Shown here piece by piece: positions 54,718-62,972 of a stretch of 64,000 nucleotides of DNA. Below the pieces are notes generated by a model. The model was not told the origin of the DNA and ran no database searches. It saw only the letters and a list, made by a program, of their open reading frames with translations. Within the stretch, counting starts at the first letter, position 1; each line of letters starts with the position of its first letter. The stretch lies in IMG/VR virus record IMGVR_UViG_3300027754_000037; one strand, written 5' to 3'. The DNA is from a virus (Duplodnaviria > Caudoviricetes). The translations under genes and the position numbers were made by a program.

Positions 54718-55272
54718 ATGTCTGACTACACATCTGCCCCAGCATGTCAACTCCTCGCAACGCATTGCTGCGTTTGCGGGCGACCCCTAGTTGACGCAAT
54801 TAGCGTCAGCTTGGGTATCGGCCCTGAGTGCAGGGGCGGGGCCAATGGCGGGATCACTTCCGAGCAGCAGGAAGCTGCAAACAAAATCACCTTCCTTGCT
54901 GCAATTGCAGCGCAGGAGGGGAAGATTGAGGAGGTGCGGGGTCATGCCGATGCCTTGCGGGTGCTGGGACTCAGCGTTTTGGCAGAAAAGGTGGCCGAGA
55001 GGTTCACCAAAGCCGAAAGGCAGGCCAAAATCTCCATCGTTGAGGATGGCGATATCCTCAAGGTGGACACCCCTTTCCGCCGTGGCGATAAGGATGCCTT
55101 TATTGCGGCATGGAGGGGCATTCCCGGTCGCCGTTACAAGAACGGGGCCAACTTGATCCCCAAGTCTGAAAAGCAGGCCTTGTATGGCCTGCTCCAGCAG
55201 TTCTTCCCCGGCCAGTATGCTGTGGGGCCGAAGGGGGTTTTCCGAATTCCCAAGCCAGAAGTCGAGGCCTAA
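54718..55272 (+). CDS. DUF6011-like zinc-finger protein
   Basis: CCVCGRPLVDA.S...GIGPEC; AAGGAG RBS. Confidence 0.75.
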   Translation: MSDYTSAPACQLLATHCCVCGRPLVDAISVSLGIGPECRGGANGGITSEQQEAANKITFLAAIAAQEGKIEEVRGHADALRVLGLSVLAEKVAERFTKAERQAKISIVEDGDILKVDTPFRRGDKDAFIAAWRGIPGRRYKNGANLIPKSEKQALYGLLQQFFPGQYAVGPKGVFRIPKPEVEA

Positions 55273-55281
55273 GCCTCACTC

Positions 55282-55310
55282 AGCCCCCTAGGCAACTAGG
55301 GGGCTTTTTT
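55282..55310 (+). terminator. Rho-independent terminator
   Basis: AGCCCCCTAG-GCAA-CTAGGGGGCT-TTTTT. Confidence 0.9.
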
Positions 55311-55349
55311 ATTTGTGCAGGACATTTTTTTTAACATGGGAGGTCAATT

Positions 55350-55625
55350 ATGGCTAAGAAATACAAGTTGATCTGCAAGCTGACCCGTCCTGTTGTAACG
55401 AACGAGGGCGATTTCATACCTGCTGGCACCCCTTGTGAGGTGCTGCGTTGGGATAAAACAGAAAACGGTAAGATCGAGGTCCGCACCAAGGCGTATATGT
55501 ACGCTGACGATCTTGGCGAGGATCGTAATGGGCCTGTTCCCGTTGTAAACACGGGATTGATCATAGCGGTCGATCCGATTGACCTTGAGTACAAGGATTC
55601 TTTTTCAATCAATTCTGTGGAGTAA
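55350..55625 (+). CDS. Hypothetical protein
   Basis: GGAGG RBS. Confidence 0.7.
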   Translation: MAKKYKLICKLTRPVVTNEGDFIPAGTPCEVLRWDKTENGKIEVRTKAYMYADDLGEDRNGPVPVVNTGLIIAVDPIDLEYKDSFSINSVE

Positions 55626-55865
55626 CTGAGATGAAAATGAAAGTCGATGCTGACAAGGTTATTGATCTTTACCCCTTTCCGCCGTGGCGATAAGGATGCC
55701 TTCATTGCTGCGTGGAGAGGAATTCCCGGTCGCCGTTACAAGAACGGGGCCAACTTGATCCCTAGAACTGAGAAGCAGGCCTTGTATGGCCTGCTCCAGC
55801 AATTCTTCCCCGGCCAGTATGCTGTGGGGCCGAAAGGGGTTTTCCGAATTCCCAAGCCGGAATAA
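55619..55865 (+). pseudogene. Out-of-frame chimera of the 55974 gene 5' end and the 54718 gene 3' end
   Basis: 55619-55670 matches 55962-56013 (5 mismatches in 52 nt); 55671-55862 matches 55069-55260; ATG 55631 hits TAA after 20 codons. Confidence 0.8.
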
Positions 55866-55885
55866 ATTCCAAAATATTCCTGAAT

Positions 55886-55913
55886 TTAATTGTATTTTTG
55901 AAACGGAACTTCC
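55886..55913 (+). promoter_or_regulatory. Repeated early-promoter-like motif, copy 8
   Basis: TTAATTGTATTTTTGAAACGGAACTTCC. Confidence 0.85.
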
Positions 55914-55973
55914 GTATCACTATGAAGGGAGCCACTAGAGAGCTACCTTCAAGGACACCTTGGAGCAACTGAG

Positions 55974-56204
55974 ATGAAAATGAAAGTTGATGCCAGCAAG
56001 GTTATTGATCTTTTGGTTGCTGCCTACAGGGAGCGACTTGAGGACGATGGCGATCTTGTTGCCGATGAGTTGGGCGAAAACTGGCCCAACGAGATCGAGC
56101 GGGTCGAATATGATCCCGCAAAAGACGAAATCAAATTCATCCCATCTGAGGAAGGACTTGAAACCCTTCCCCAATCCTTTGTTCGCCAACTCAAGGAGAT
56201 TTGA
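55974..56204 (+). CDS. Hypothetical acidic protein
   Basis: GGAG RBS; 76 aa. Confidence 0.7.
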   Translation: MKMKVDASKVIDLLVAAYRERLEDDGDLVADELGENWPNEIERVEYDPAKDEIKFIPSEEGLETLPQSFVRQLKEI

Positions 56205-56205
56205 T

Positions 56206-56757
56206 ATGAAATTGCGAATTGGAAGTGCTTCCCCTTGGGGCAGAATTCACCATCTAAAGGAAGTTGCGGAGGGCATATTGAAGGCTTCAACGGCATCTCA
56301 CGGGGGGATTAAGCTTTCCTCCGGCCGGAATCGTCAAATGCCCGCAGCATTCAAGGTTGCGGGAGGGTGGTACGAGGAGGATTGCGAGGCATCGAAGGTT
56401 ATCGCAGTTTTTCATGAACACTTCGACCCAAAGGAGGTGGATTATGCGGTTGGAGGCCTCAAGAATTGGTATCCAGTTGAGTACGAACTGTGGTCCGGCA
56501 ACAAAGTTGCCTTGGAGGAATCGCTTGTTCTTCAGGAGAAACGATTCCTTGAAGTAAACTATGACAAGTTTCTTGTGTGTGCTGCTTGGGGAGACTGGCG
56601 GACGAATGTTCCCAAGGGCATGGTTGGGGTGCAGGCCCGCCTGAATAATGCGACTGGAACTGATAAGTATTTCTTGGTGCCAGCCGAAGAGTACGCCAAC
56701 AGGCAGCACCAGTTTGTGATCGACATAGATCGTCACAAAGAAATAGATTCTATCTGA
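56206..56757 (+). CDS. DUF7007-like protein
   Basis: SPWG, STASHGGIKLS, WYEEDCE, WGDW...VP.G, YFLVP..EY; AAGGAG RBS. Confidence 0.75.
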   Translation: MKLRIGSASPWGRIHHLKEVAEGILKASTASHGGIKLSSGRNRQMPAAFKVAGGWYEEDCEASKVIAVFHEHFDPKEVDYAVGGLKNWYPVEYELWSGNKVALEESLVLQEKRFLEVNYDKFLVCAAWGDWRTNVPKGMVGVQARLNNATGTDKYFLVPAEEYANRQHQFVIDIDRHKEIDSI

Positions 56758-56782
56758 AGATAGATTCTGCCAGAGATATGCC

Positions 56783-56812
56783 AGAGGGATGCAACAGCAT
56801 CCCTCTTTTTTT
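56783..56812 (+). terminator. Rho-independent terminator
   Basis: AGAGGGATGC-AACA-GCATCCCTCT plus T tract. Confidence 0.85.
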
Positions 56813-56890
56813 TGTCCAGAATTTAGACTGATTGTACCTACAGGCCCCCTTGCGGGAAAGTAAGGAAAATATTTTAAAAAATTCTGCAAT

Positions 56891-56918
56891 TTAATTGTAT
56901 TTTTAAAACGGAACTTCC
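56891..56918 (+). promoter_or_regulatory. Repeated early-promoter-like motif, copy 9 (drives 56957-E2-JAB)
   Basis: TTAATTGTATTTTTAAAACGGAACTTCC. Confidence 0.85.
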
Positions 56919-56956
56919 TGTAAAGCTTTGTCAGAAGTAATCTAAAGGAGTAACCC

Positions 56957-57763
56957 ATGCGTCAAGCATTGTTTTTGCTGGCAGATGAGATCAGCAAGGC
57001 TGTTCTCAAGCAGTCTTACAAGAACATCCCTGACCAGATCAAGGCTGGGATGTTATTGCATGAGCAGAAACCATTTTACAACAAGAATGTGGGTCTGACC
57101 CACCTTGTTGTTGTGGCTATCCTGCACCAAATTTTTCATGAAAGGGGTGTAAAGTACAAATCTAGTGAGGTGCTGGAATTACCAGCAGTCAGGAACGCCT
57201 TGCTGGTAAAACATACCTTCAAGACTGCTGAAGGTAAACTGTTTTTTGCGGGCGGGATGTCTACCTTCACCCCTGACCCCATTGATGCACTTGCTGGAAA
57301 CATATTGAATTTTTTCGTGGAGAATGGTTGCCATAACTGTGGTTATGGCACCATCAAGACCGAGGATGACTTGGTTTGTCCCGTCTGTCTTGATGGAGAA
57401 GTCCGCAAGAAAATGTTGGCAGTATATGGGTCTTCTTTTGCTGATGAATCTTGGCATATCCTGAGTGAAGCGATTGGTCCAGATTGTAGCGAGATGCTTC
57501 TGGATTTATCATCTTTCACTCACAAGTATCAAACAAGTAAGCACTTTCTGAAAGCGGTGACAGCTTTGATGTTCAAGGATGAGGATCACGATGTTGATCC
57601 TCAATCTGAGGGGCTGTTGGAAGAAGAGTTTGGCACTTTCATCAGCGCCGATCTTGAAAAGCTTCTTGACATTCCTTTCCCGATGGGGACCGCCAAGCAA
57701 ATCCTCGAGCAGGTGGACGAGTCGTACGACGATGACTTGGGTTTTAAAGGCAACGACGAATAA
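56957..57763 (+). CDS. Hypothetical protein with central Zn ribbon, first gene of the Ubl-conjugation operon
   Basis: AAGGAG RBS; CHNC-x11-CPVC; acidic C-terminus. Confidence 0.7.
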   Translation: MRQALFLLADEISKAVLKQSYKNIPDQIKAGMLLHEQKPFYNKNVGLTHLVVVAILHQIFHERGVKYKSSEVLELPAVRNALLVKHTFKTAEGKLFFAGGMSTFTPDPIDALAGNILNFFVENGCHNCGYGTIKTEDDLVCPVCLDGEVRKKMLAVYGSSFADESWHILSEAIGPDCSEMLLDLSSFTHKYQTSKHFLKAVTALMFKDEDHDVDPQSEGLLEEEFGTFISADLEKLLDIPFPMGTAKQILEQVDESYDDDLGFKGNDE

Positions 57764-57794
57764 TTTTTCTAAACGCAAGAAAAGGAGTGCAACC

Positions 57795-59237
57795 ATGAGT
57801 TCAAGTGAAGTTGTTGACAAAGTCGTCAAAAGGATGCAATGGCAAGAAGATCGGCAGATGATGTCGATTCTTGATGCAATCACGGAAGGAACCGTGAGAG
57901 GTATCAGAGAAAGCCTGAAGGTTACTGTTGAGGAACAGACCGCTGGAGCGGTTCAGGCATTTGTCTCTGACACTAGTGTGCGTCTCATTGATGTGGCAAC
58001 TTCTTGGACTAACGAGCAGTCCAAGAAGTTGATTGTATTTCCTGTTGGCACACGCTATGTGCAGAGGGATGATAAGAGTACCAACATCGTCATTGAGGAA
58101 GCGCCTCGTTGCAGACGGGTCGCTTTCAATGACCGAAATGGTGATGTCAAGCATTATTATGTTTCCTTGCCATACATCCAGTATGTCATCACCTTTAGTA
58201 AACACGGGCGTGGTGAAAAGTTTCGGCAGATGAAAATCAGTTGTAGCAAGCAACCAATCGATTCATTGACATCGATTGTTTATGATCTTCCTTTGCCGAA
58301 CATGGGTTATGGAAACCGCTTTGGTGTATGTACTGGAGGCAGTTCAAGTGGCATGGAATTGCCTGAAGGGAGCGATGCTTTCACCGAGAAGTGTGAAACG
58401 CTGATCACTAGTTTTTGGAGCAGCGAGTTCAACACCGATCTCAGTTCCAATTTGGTGAGCTTCTTTCAGAAGAATTTTGGCTACGATACTCTGGAGGGGC
58501 AGCACCCTATTCAGCGTATTCACAATTGCTTCAGCAATTGGGCAGAGGTTTCCAAGCAGCACCCAATGTGGTCTTTGGGTGCTGATGTGAAATTGCCACA
58601 GGAGGCAGGGTGGCAGCTTGGTAGGCTCATCGATAGCGACTTGACCAGTCGTGGCAGCAAGGCAGCGATGACTCGCAACCTGAAACAACAGGTTACCGAG
58701 GGGTTGTTTGCCTTGTCTACTAATGCTGTCGATGCCATGCGGACTCTTTCCATCGAGGAACAGGGTCAGCTTTTGGCCAACAAGCAGAAGTTGGCTGAGT
58801 GTTATCGTAGCAATCTTCATTCCGCCTATTCGGTTCTTGAAGCCGAGACTATGGCTGGCTTTGAGGAATTCAAGTTGAAGGAGTTGGAGAAGGTTCAACA
58901 GGATCGTCGCAAGGTCGATGAGATGGTGCGAAAGATCGCTGAGGACCGTCAGAAGTTTGATTTAGAGATGCTCAAGACCAAGATTGAGCTTTCTGCTGTC
59001 CACAAATTTTTGGAGGCTGAAAAGGTCAAGGTTGCGCTAATACAGGCGCAGGCAGAGGAGATCATTGCTCGTGGTGTTGTTGCTATTGAGCCTGTAGTCA
59101 AGCGTGGTCGTGGTCGGCCTCGCAAGGAAAAGCCTCCTGTTCCTCTGGGACCGGATGGCCAACCCATCAATCGGGGTCGTGGTCGGCCCCGCAAGACCCC
59201 GATTGTTCTTCGTCACGCATCACTTATGAGGAGCTAA
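57795..59237 (+). CDS. Prokaryotic E2 (family D / PRTRC protein B-like) fused to coiled coil and two AT-hooks
   Basis: AAGGAG RBS; LPLPN.....GVCTG (putative catalytic Cys), FWSSEFNTDL; heptad region; GRGRPRK twice. Confidence 0.82.
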   Translation: MSSSEVVDKVVKRMQWQEDRQMMSILDAITEGTVRGIRESLKVTVEEQTAGAVQAFVSDTSVRLIDVATSWTNEQSKKLIVFPVGTRYVQRDDKSTNIVIEEAPRCRRVAFNDRNGDVKHYYVSLPYIQYVITFSKHGRGEKFRQMKISCSKQPIDSLTSIVYDLPLPNMGYGNRFGVCTGGSSSGMELPEGSDAFTEKCETLITSFWSSEFNTDLSSNLVSFFQKNFGYDTLEGQHPIQRIHNCFSNWAEVSKQHPMWSLGADVKLPQEAGWQLGRLIDSDLTSRGSKAAMTRNLKQQVTEGLFALSTNAVDAMRTLSIEEQGQLLANKQKLAECYRSNLHSAYSVLEAETMAGFEEFKLKELEKVQQDRRKVDEMVRKIAEDRQKFDLEMLKTKIELSAVHKFLEAEKVKVALIQAQAEEIIARGVVAIEPVVKRGRGRPRKEKPPVPLGPDGQPINRGRGRPRKTPIVLRHASLMRS

Positions 59238-59238
59238 G

Positions 59239-60264
59239 ATGATTAATTTTCCCGTGTTCCTGAATATTCCCGGCACCAAGCTGCCTGAAACCGGAATCTA
59301 CTATGTGGTTGCCAAGGACGGCATCTACATGAGGACAGACAGGAACTTTGGAAGTGCATTGGTCAAGGTTGAAGAAATTCCTCACCTTGCTGCTGCTCCC
59401 ACTCAAGCAAGTTTCAACCTTCCCAAGATTCCAGCAACGATCATTGGGCAGGCATTGATGTTCTTCCGTGAAGTGTTCGTTGAGTACAAAACGGAGAGCT
59501 ATTTGACCCTTCTGTATTCCAAGAAATTGGGTCAGTATCGTCTGTGGTGCCCCAAACAGGAAGTCAGCTACAGTTCTGTCAGCTATGACAGAACTGACAG
59601 CGTTCCTGTCGAGGAGCGGAATTACATGGGTAGCGATGGTCCCGGCTGGCAAAATGTGGGGACTATTCACTCCCATTGTGACTTCTCAGCTTTCCACAGC
59701 GGTACGGATGAGTTTGATGAATCCACCTTTGATGGAATTCACATCACCCTTGGCCATGTGAACCGCAATGATTTCAGCATTGTGGCTAGCATTGCCATCA
59801 ACGACAACCGCTTCCCGAAGGCGATTGCCGATGTGTGTGATGGTGTGCCCAACACTTCTTCCGAAGTTGTTGAGGAAGAGGGAGATGGTCCATTCAAAGG
59901 TCAGATATTCAAGCGTCAAGAGTTGTACCACCGTCTTGCGCTGAACGACGAGCAGCAGGCATGGTTGGAAAACGAATTGGAGATAACCATCCGAAATGAA
60001 TGGTTGCCCAAGGTCACTAGAAAGATCTCGAGACACCCCAAGGGAATTAGTCGCCTTGGACTGAGCGTGGAAGAGGTAGAGTGTGAGGAGTTCGAGTTCG
60101 ATGGACTGGAGCAGGGCTTGTTCCCTGACTCCGGTCCAAGGATCGAAGATGGAATATATGTTGATGAAGATGAGATATCATTTGATCCTACTGAACGGCA
60201 ACTCCGTAGTTTTGGATATCGTCGTGATGAACATGGTTTCAAGTATCGGCATGAAGGTGATTAG
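59239..60264 (+). CDS. JAB/MPN+ (JAMM) metallopeptidase, deubiquitinase-like
   Basis: HSHCDFSAFHSGTD equals H-x-H-x7-S-x2-D; YYVVAKDG.Y N-terminus as in PRTRC protein A; starts 1 nt after E2 stop. Confidence 0.9.
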   Translation: MINFPVFLNIPGTKLPETGIYYVVAKDGIYMRTDRNFGSALVKVEEIPHLAAAPTQASFNLPKIPATIIGQALMFFREVFVEYKTESYLTLLYSKKLGQYRLWCPKQEVSYSSVSYDRTDSVPVEERNYMGSDGPGWQNVGTIHSHCDFSAFHSGTDEFDESTFDGIHITLGHVNRNDFSIVASIAINDNRFPKAIADVCDGVPNTSSEVVEEEGDGPFKGQIFKRQELYHRLALNDEQQAWLENELEITIRNEWLPKVTRKISRHPKGISRLGLSVEEVECEEFEFDGLEQGLFPDSGPRIEDGIYVDEDEISFDPTERQLRSFGYRRDEHGFKYRHEGD

Positions 60265-60284
60265 TTCGGAAAATATTTTTTGAG

Positions 60285-60312
60285 TTAATTGTATTTTTGA
60301 AACGAAACTTCC
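60285..60312 (+). promoter_or_regulatory. Repeated early-promoter-like motif, copy 10 (drives E1-Ubl)
   Basis: TTAATTGTATTTTTGAAACGAAACTTCC. Confidence 0.85.
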
Positions 60313-60335
60313 TGTAGTCCTTTGTGGAGGTGTTA

Positions 60336-61073
60336 ATGGCAAACAACATCAAGGTGATTGGTGCTGGTGGCATAGGACTGTGCGTGTTGCCGGTCCTATG
60401 CCGGTTTTTAAACTTCGAGGACGAGACTTTTCCCGAACCTGTTCTCACCGTGGTTGACGGCGACCAGTACGAGGAGAATAATCGTGCTCGTCAAGAGTTC
60501 GAGGATTGTGGCCCCAAGTCAACCATCACGGTTGAGAGGTTGAGGGGTCAATTTCCTCGAATTGAGTTTAGAGACAAGTCCGAGTTCGTTGATGATGCGA
60601 ATGTCGGATTGATTGTCCGTGAAGGAGATGTGGTTTTACTCTGTGTGGACAACCACAAGAGTAGGAAGATCGTGAGTGATCGTGCTTGTCAGTTGCGCAA
60701 TGTCACCGTGATTAGTGGTGGTAATGACCGGACTGACGGCAATGTGCTCATCCACATTCGTCGTGGCGGGGTTGACTTGACCCCGCCATTGGCGAGTCAC
60801 TACCATCCCGAGATCAGTAATCCTACTGATCTCCATCCTCATGAGCACAATCAGCCGGGGAGTTGTTCCCGGCTTGCTGAGGAAGTTCCTCAGTTGGTGA
60901 TCATGAATAATCTAATCGCTGCAAAAATGCTTGCAGCTTTTTACACTCTCACCGATCCCGTGTTATATTCGGAACAGGTGGAAAAAAAACCGCATCGATA
61001 TGCGGAGGTGCTGTGTGATCTCAGCACTTTGACTAGTGTAGTTCGTGACCGGCATGTAAAAAGAGGAGCATGA
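60336..61073 (+). CDS. ThiF/E1 ubiquitin-like activating enzyme
   Basis: IGAGGIG, VDGD..E.NN..RQ, LCVDN, SGGN, PGSC putative catalytic Cys; GGAGG RBS. Confidence 0.92.
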   Translation: MANNIKVIGAGGIGLCVLPVLCRFLNFEDETFPEPVLTVVDGDQYEENNRARQEFEDCGPKSTITVERLRGQFPRIEFRDKSEFVDDANVGLIVREGDVVLLCVDNHKSRKIVSDRACQLRNVTVISGGNDRTDGNVLIHIRRGGVDLTPPLASHYHPEISNPTDLHPHEHNQPGSCSRLAEEVPQLVIMNNLIAAKMLAAFYTLTDPVLYSEQVEKKPHRYAEVLCDLSTLTSVVRDRHVKRGA

Positions 61074-61381
61074 AAATGAGCGACCAAAATCAGAACCCCA
61101 CCAATGGTTTTGCCAACAGCCCTGATGCCCAGAGTGTCGATGTTCTAGGTGTGTTGAGCGGGTTACAGGCAAGCAACTGCAAGGTTGTTCACGGTGCTGC
61201 CGAGGGCATCCACCCAGTTGCCCTAAATAGCGTGAGTGCTGTTCGTGGGACATTTTCGGTGGCATACAACATCCCCGCTGACGCTTTGTCCTTTGTGGAT
61301 GGAGTTTCGGTTGCGGAAGATTACATCCTCCAGCCTAACGAAACGCTGGAGTTCATCAAGCAGGCGGGCGTGAAGGGTTAA
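61070..61381 (+). CDS. Ubiquitin-like (beta-grasp) modifier with terminal Gly
   Basis: ATGA-coupled to E1; NIP.DA..FVDG..V..DYILQPNETLEFIKQAGVKG-stop. Confidence 0.85.
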   Translation: MKMSDQNQNPTNGFANSPDAQSVDVLGVLSGLQASNCKVVHGAAEGIHPVALNSVSAVRGTFSVAYNIPADALSFVDGVSVAEDYILQPNETLEFIKQAGVKG

Positions 61382-61405
61382 TCGCCCTTCGCCCGTTCTC
61401 TCTGC

Positions 61406-61441
61406 CCCCGCAAGGCCCACAAAGCCTTGCGGGGGTTTTTT
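61406..61441 (+). terminator. Rho-independent terminator closing the Ubl operon
   Basis: CCCCGCAAGGC / GCCTTGCGGGG perfect 11-bp stem plus T tract. Confidence 0.9.
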
Positions 61442-61492
61442 ATGTCGGGACCAAACTGCAAGCCTCAGAAAAATTCTAGAAAAAAATTGAAT

Positions 61493-61520
61493 TTAATTGT
61501 ATTTTTGAAACAGAACTTCC
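61493..61520 (+). promoter_or_regulatory. Repeated early-promoter-like motif, copy 11
   Basis: TTAATTGTATTTTTGAAACAGAACTTCC. Confidence 0.85.
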
Positions 61521-61559
61521 TTATCACTTTGTATAGAGTTAAACAAAAGGAGGTGAGCC

Positions 61560-61898
61560 ATGACCAGTTCAGATCGCACTCCCAGCTACATTATCAAGGC
61601 TGTCCGTGCAGGGGCCAAAAAGGACAAAATTCTCGCCACCTATGCCGATGGGAGCACCGTGCTAGTGGTCAAGTCGGGAGGCAGCAAGTATGACCGGTTG
61701 GCAATTTACGGTCTATGTTCTAGGTGTCCTGAGTGGATTACAGGCACGGGCAAGAAAGGCTACTACTTCTGCCGCCTTGGGCCGAGCAGGAGCGTCAAGC
61801 TCCTTGATGGCGGGTTCAGTTGGAGTTACCCCAAGCCCGGTAAATTCGAGGGCTACCCGCTGGTCGGCTTGGTCACCATCGAAGATACCGCAGAATAG
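61560..61898 (+). CDS. Hypothetical protein
   Basis: AGGAGG RBS. Confidence 0.7.
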   Translation: MTSSDRTPSYIIKAVRAGAKKDKILATYADGSTVLVVKSGGSKYDRLAIYGLCSRCPEWITGTGKKGYYFCRLGPSRSVKLLDGGFSWSYPKPGKFEGYPLVGLVTIEDTAE

Positions 61899-61931
61899 AT
61901 ACCGATGTACGCTAAACAAGGGAGCAACACC

Positions 61932-62483
61932 ATGACCATTGCATTCAACTCTTTCGTGCGTCGTCAGACGGCAGAATCTCCTTTCTCTCACTTCTCTCGT
62001 TGGACTTTGTCCGATGAGAAGGTTTTAGAAATGGTCCAAGCCAACTTGGAAAAGGCCAAGAAGGGCTACAGGGACGGGGTGATTTTGGTCCCTGTGGCCC
62101 CTGAAGGGTTCTTCTCCAGCGTCATCCAGCTTCAAGCTGGTGACAAGCTGCATGGCGAGTTCAAAGCCCGCCGTGATGGGGAAGAGCCCCGCAAAACTCT
62201 CCACGCCAATGGGCAGAAGATCGCTGCCCAGAGTGTGGATGTTGTCCTCTACAGCAAAGAGGTGCTGGCTGAGGGCAAGGAAAACAGCACGGATGCTGAT
62301 TGGGAAATAGTCAGCTTCAATGCTAGTCCAGAAGTTGGTGAGATGCCGATCCAACCTGACACATTAATCGCTAACCACTTCCAGTTAAGTGGTGGAACGG
62401 CGACGAACATGAGTGACTCCGAATTCGTGGAGGCTCTCAAACAGTCTGTCCTGTATTGGAAGGACAAGGCTTTGGTTGGTTGA
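61932..62483 (+). CDS. DUF3228-like protein
   Basis: F.RRQ...S.FSH, GYRDGV.LVP, ARR.GEEP, MPI.P.T...NHF..SGGT. Confidence 0.75.
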   Translation: MTIAFNSFVRRQTAESPFSHFSRWTLSDEKVLEMVQANLEKAKKGYRDGVILVPVAPEGFFSSVIQLQAGDKLHGEFKARRDGEEPRKTLHANGQKIAAQSVDVVLYSKEVLAEGKENSTDADWEIVSFNASPEVGEMPIQPDTLIANHFQLSGGTATNMSDSEFVEALKQSVLYWKDKALVG

Positions 62484-62504
62484 TTTCAACAAGGAGGAAA
62501 TCTG

Positions 62505-62696
62505 ATGCTTCACCGCATGGATAATGGTGACATTTTGAATGTCAGTCACATCGTTAGCATCACCTTGAGTGGCGACTTCACAGTAGTTGCCTTGGTCAAC
62601 TCTCAAGAGTTTCATTACCGTGGCGACATTCGCAGCAAGTTGTTGATGGACTTCAACATCGTTCTAACCTCTCATGACAAAAGGAGTCAAATATGA
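62505..62696 (+). CDS. Hypothetical small protein
   Basis: AGGAGG RBS. Confidence 0.6.
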   Translation: MLHRMDNGDILNVSHIVSITLSGDFTVVALVNSQEFHYRGDIRSKLLMDFNIVLTSHDKRSQI

Positions 62697-62914
62697 AAAT
62701 TGCACATGTGAGCTTCTCCAACTGGGGAGGCGTGGTGGAAGCCATGCTTATCCCCAAGGATGAGGAGGCAAGGGTCAAGTGGGTACGAATCCCCACAAAG
62801 CGGGTCAAGCACCCACACCGCAAGGCTCTGCGTTGGCTTGCGGCAAACCACCCACAGGCTAGCCATAGTTACCATGTGGAAACAGGTGCGTGTGGCCCCT
62901 GCGAGTACAACTGA
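62693..62914 (+). CDS. Hypothetical small protein
   Basis: AAGGAG RBS; ATGA-coupled. Confidence 0.6.
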   Translation: MKIAHVSFSNWGGVVEAMLIPKDEEARVKWVRIPTKRVKHPHRKALRWLAANHPQASHSYHVETGACGPCEYN

Positions 62915-62972
62915 GAAAAGGTGGAGATTTTTGTTGATTTATCGTCCCAGATCGTGTTAAGGTAAGTTTGTC

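Noticed and set aside
57579-57794. 72-aa N-terminal extension of the E2 ORF in the ORF track
   Set aside because: It overlaps the upstream gene; a strong AAGGAG RBS supports ATG 57795.
60336-61381. ThiF plus Ubl as thiamine/molybdopterin sulfur-transfer genes
   Set aside because: No thi/moa/moe genes nearby, the modifier ends in VKG rather than GG, and an E2 and a JAB are adjacent, which fits conjugation better.
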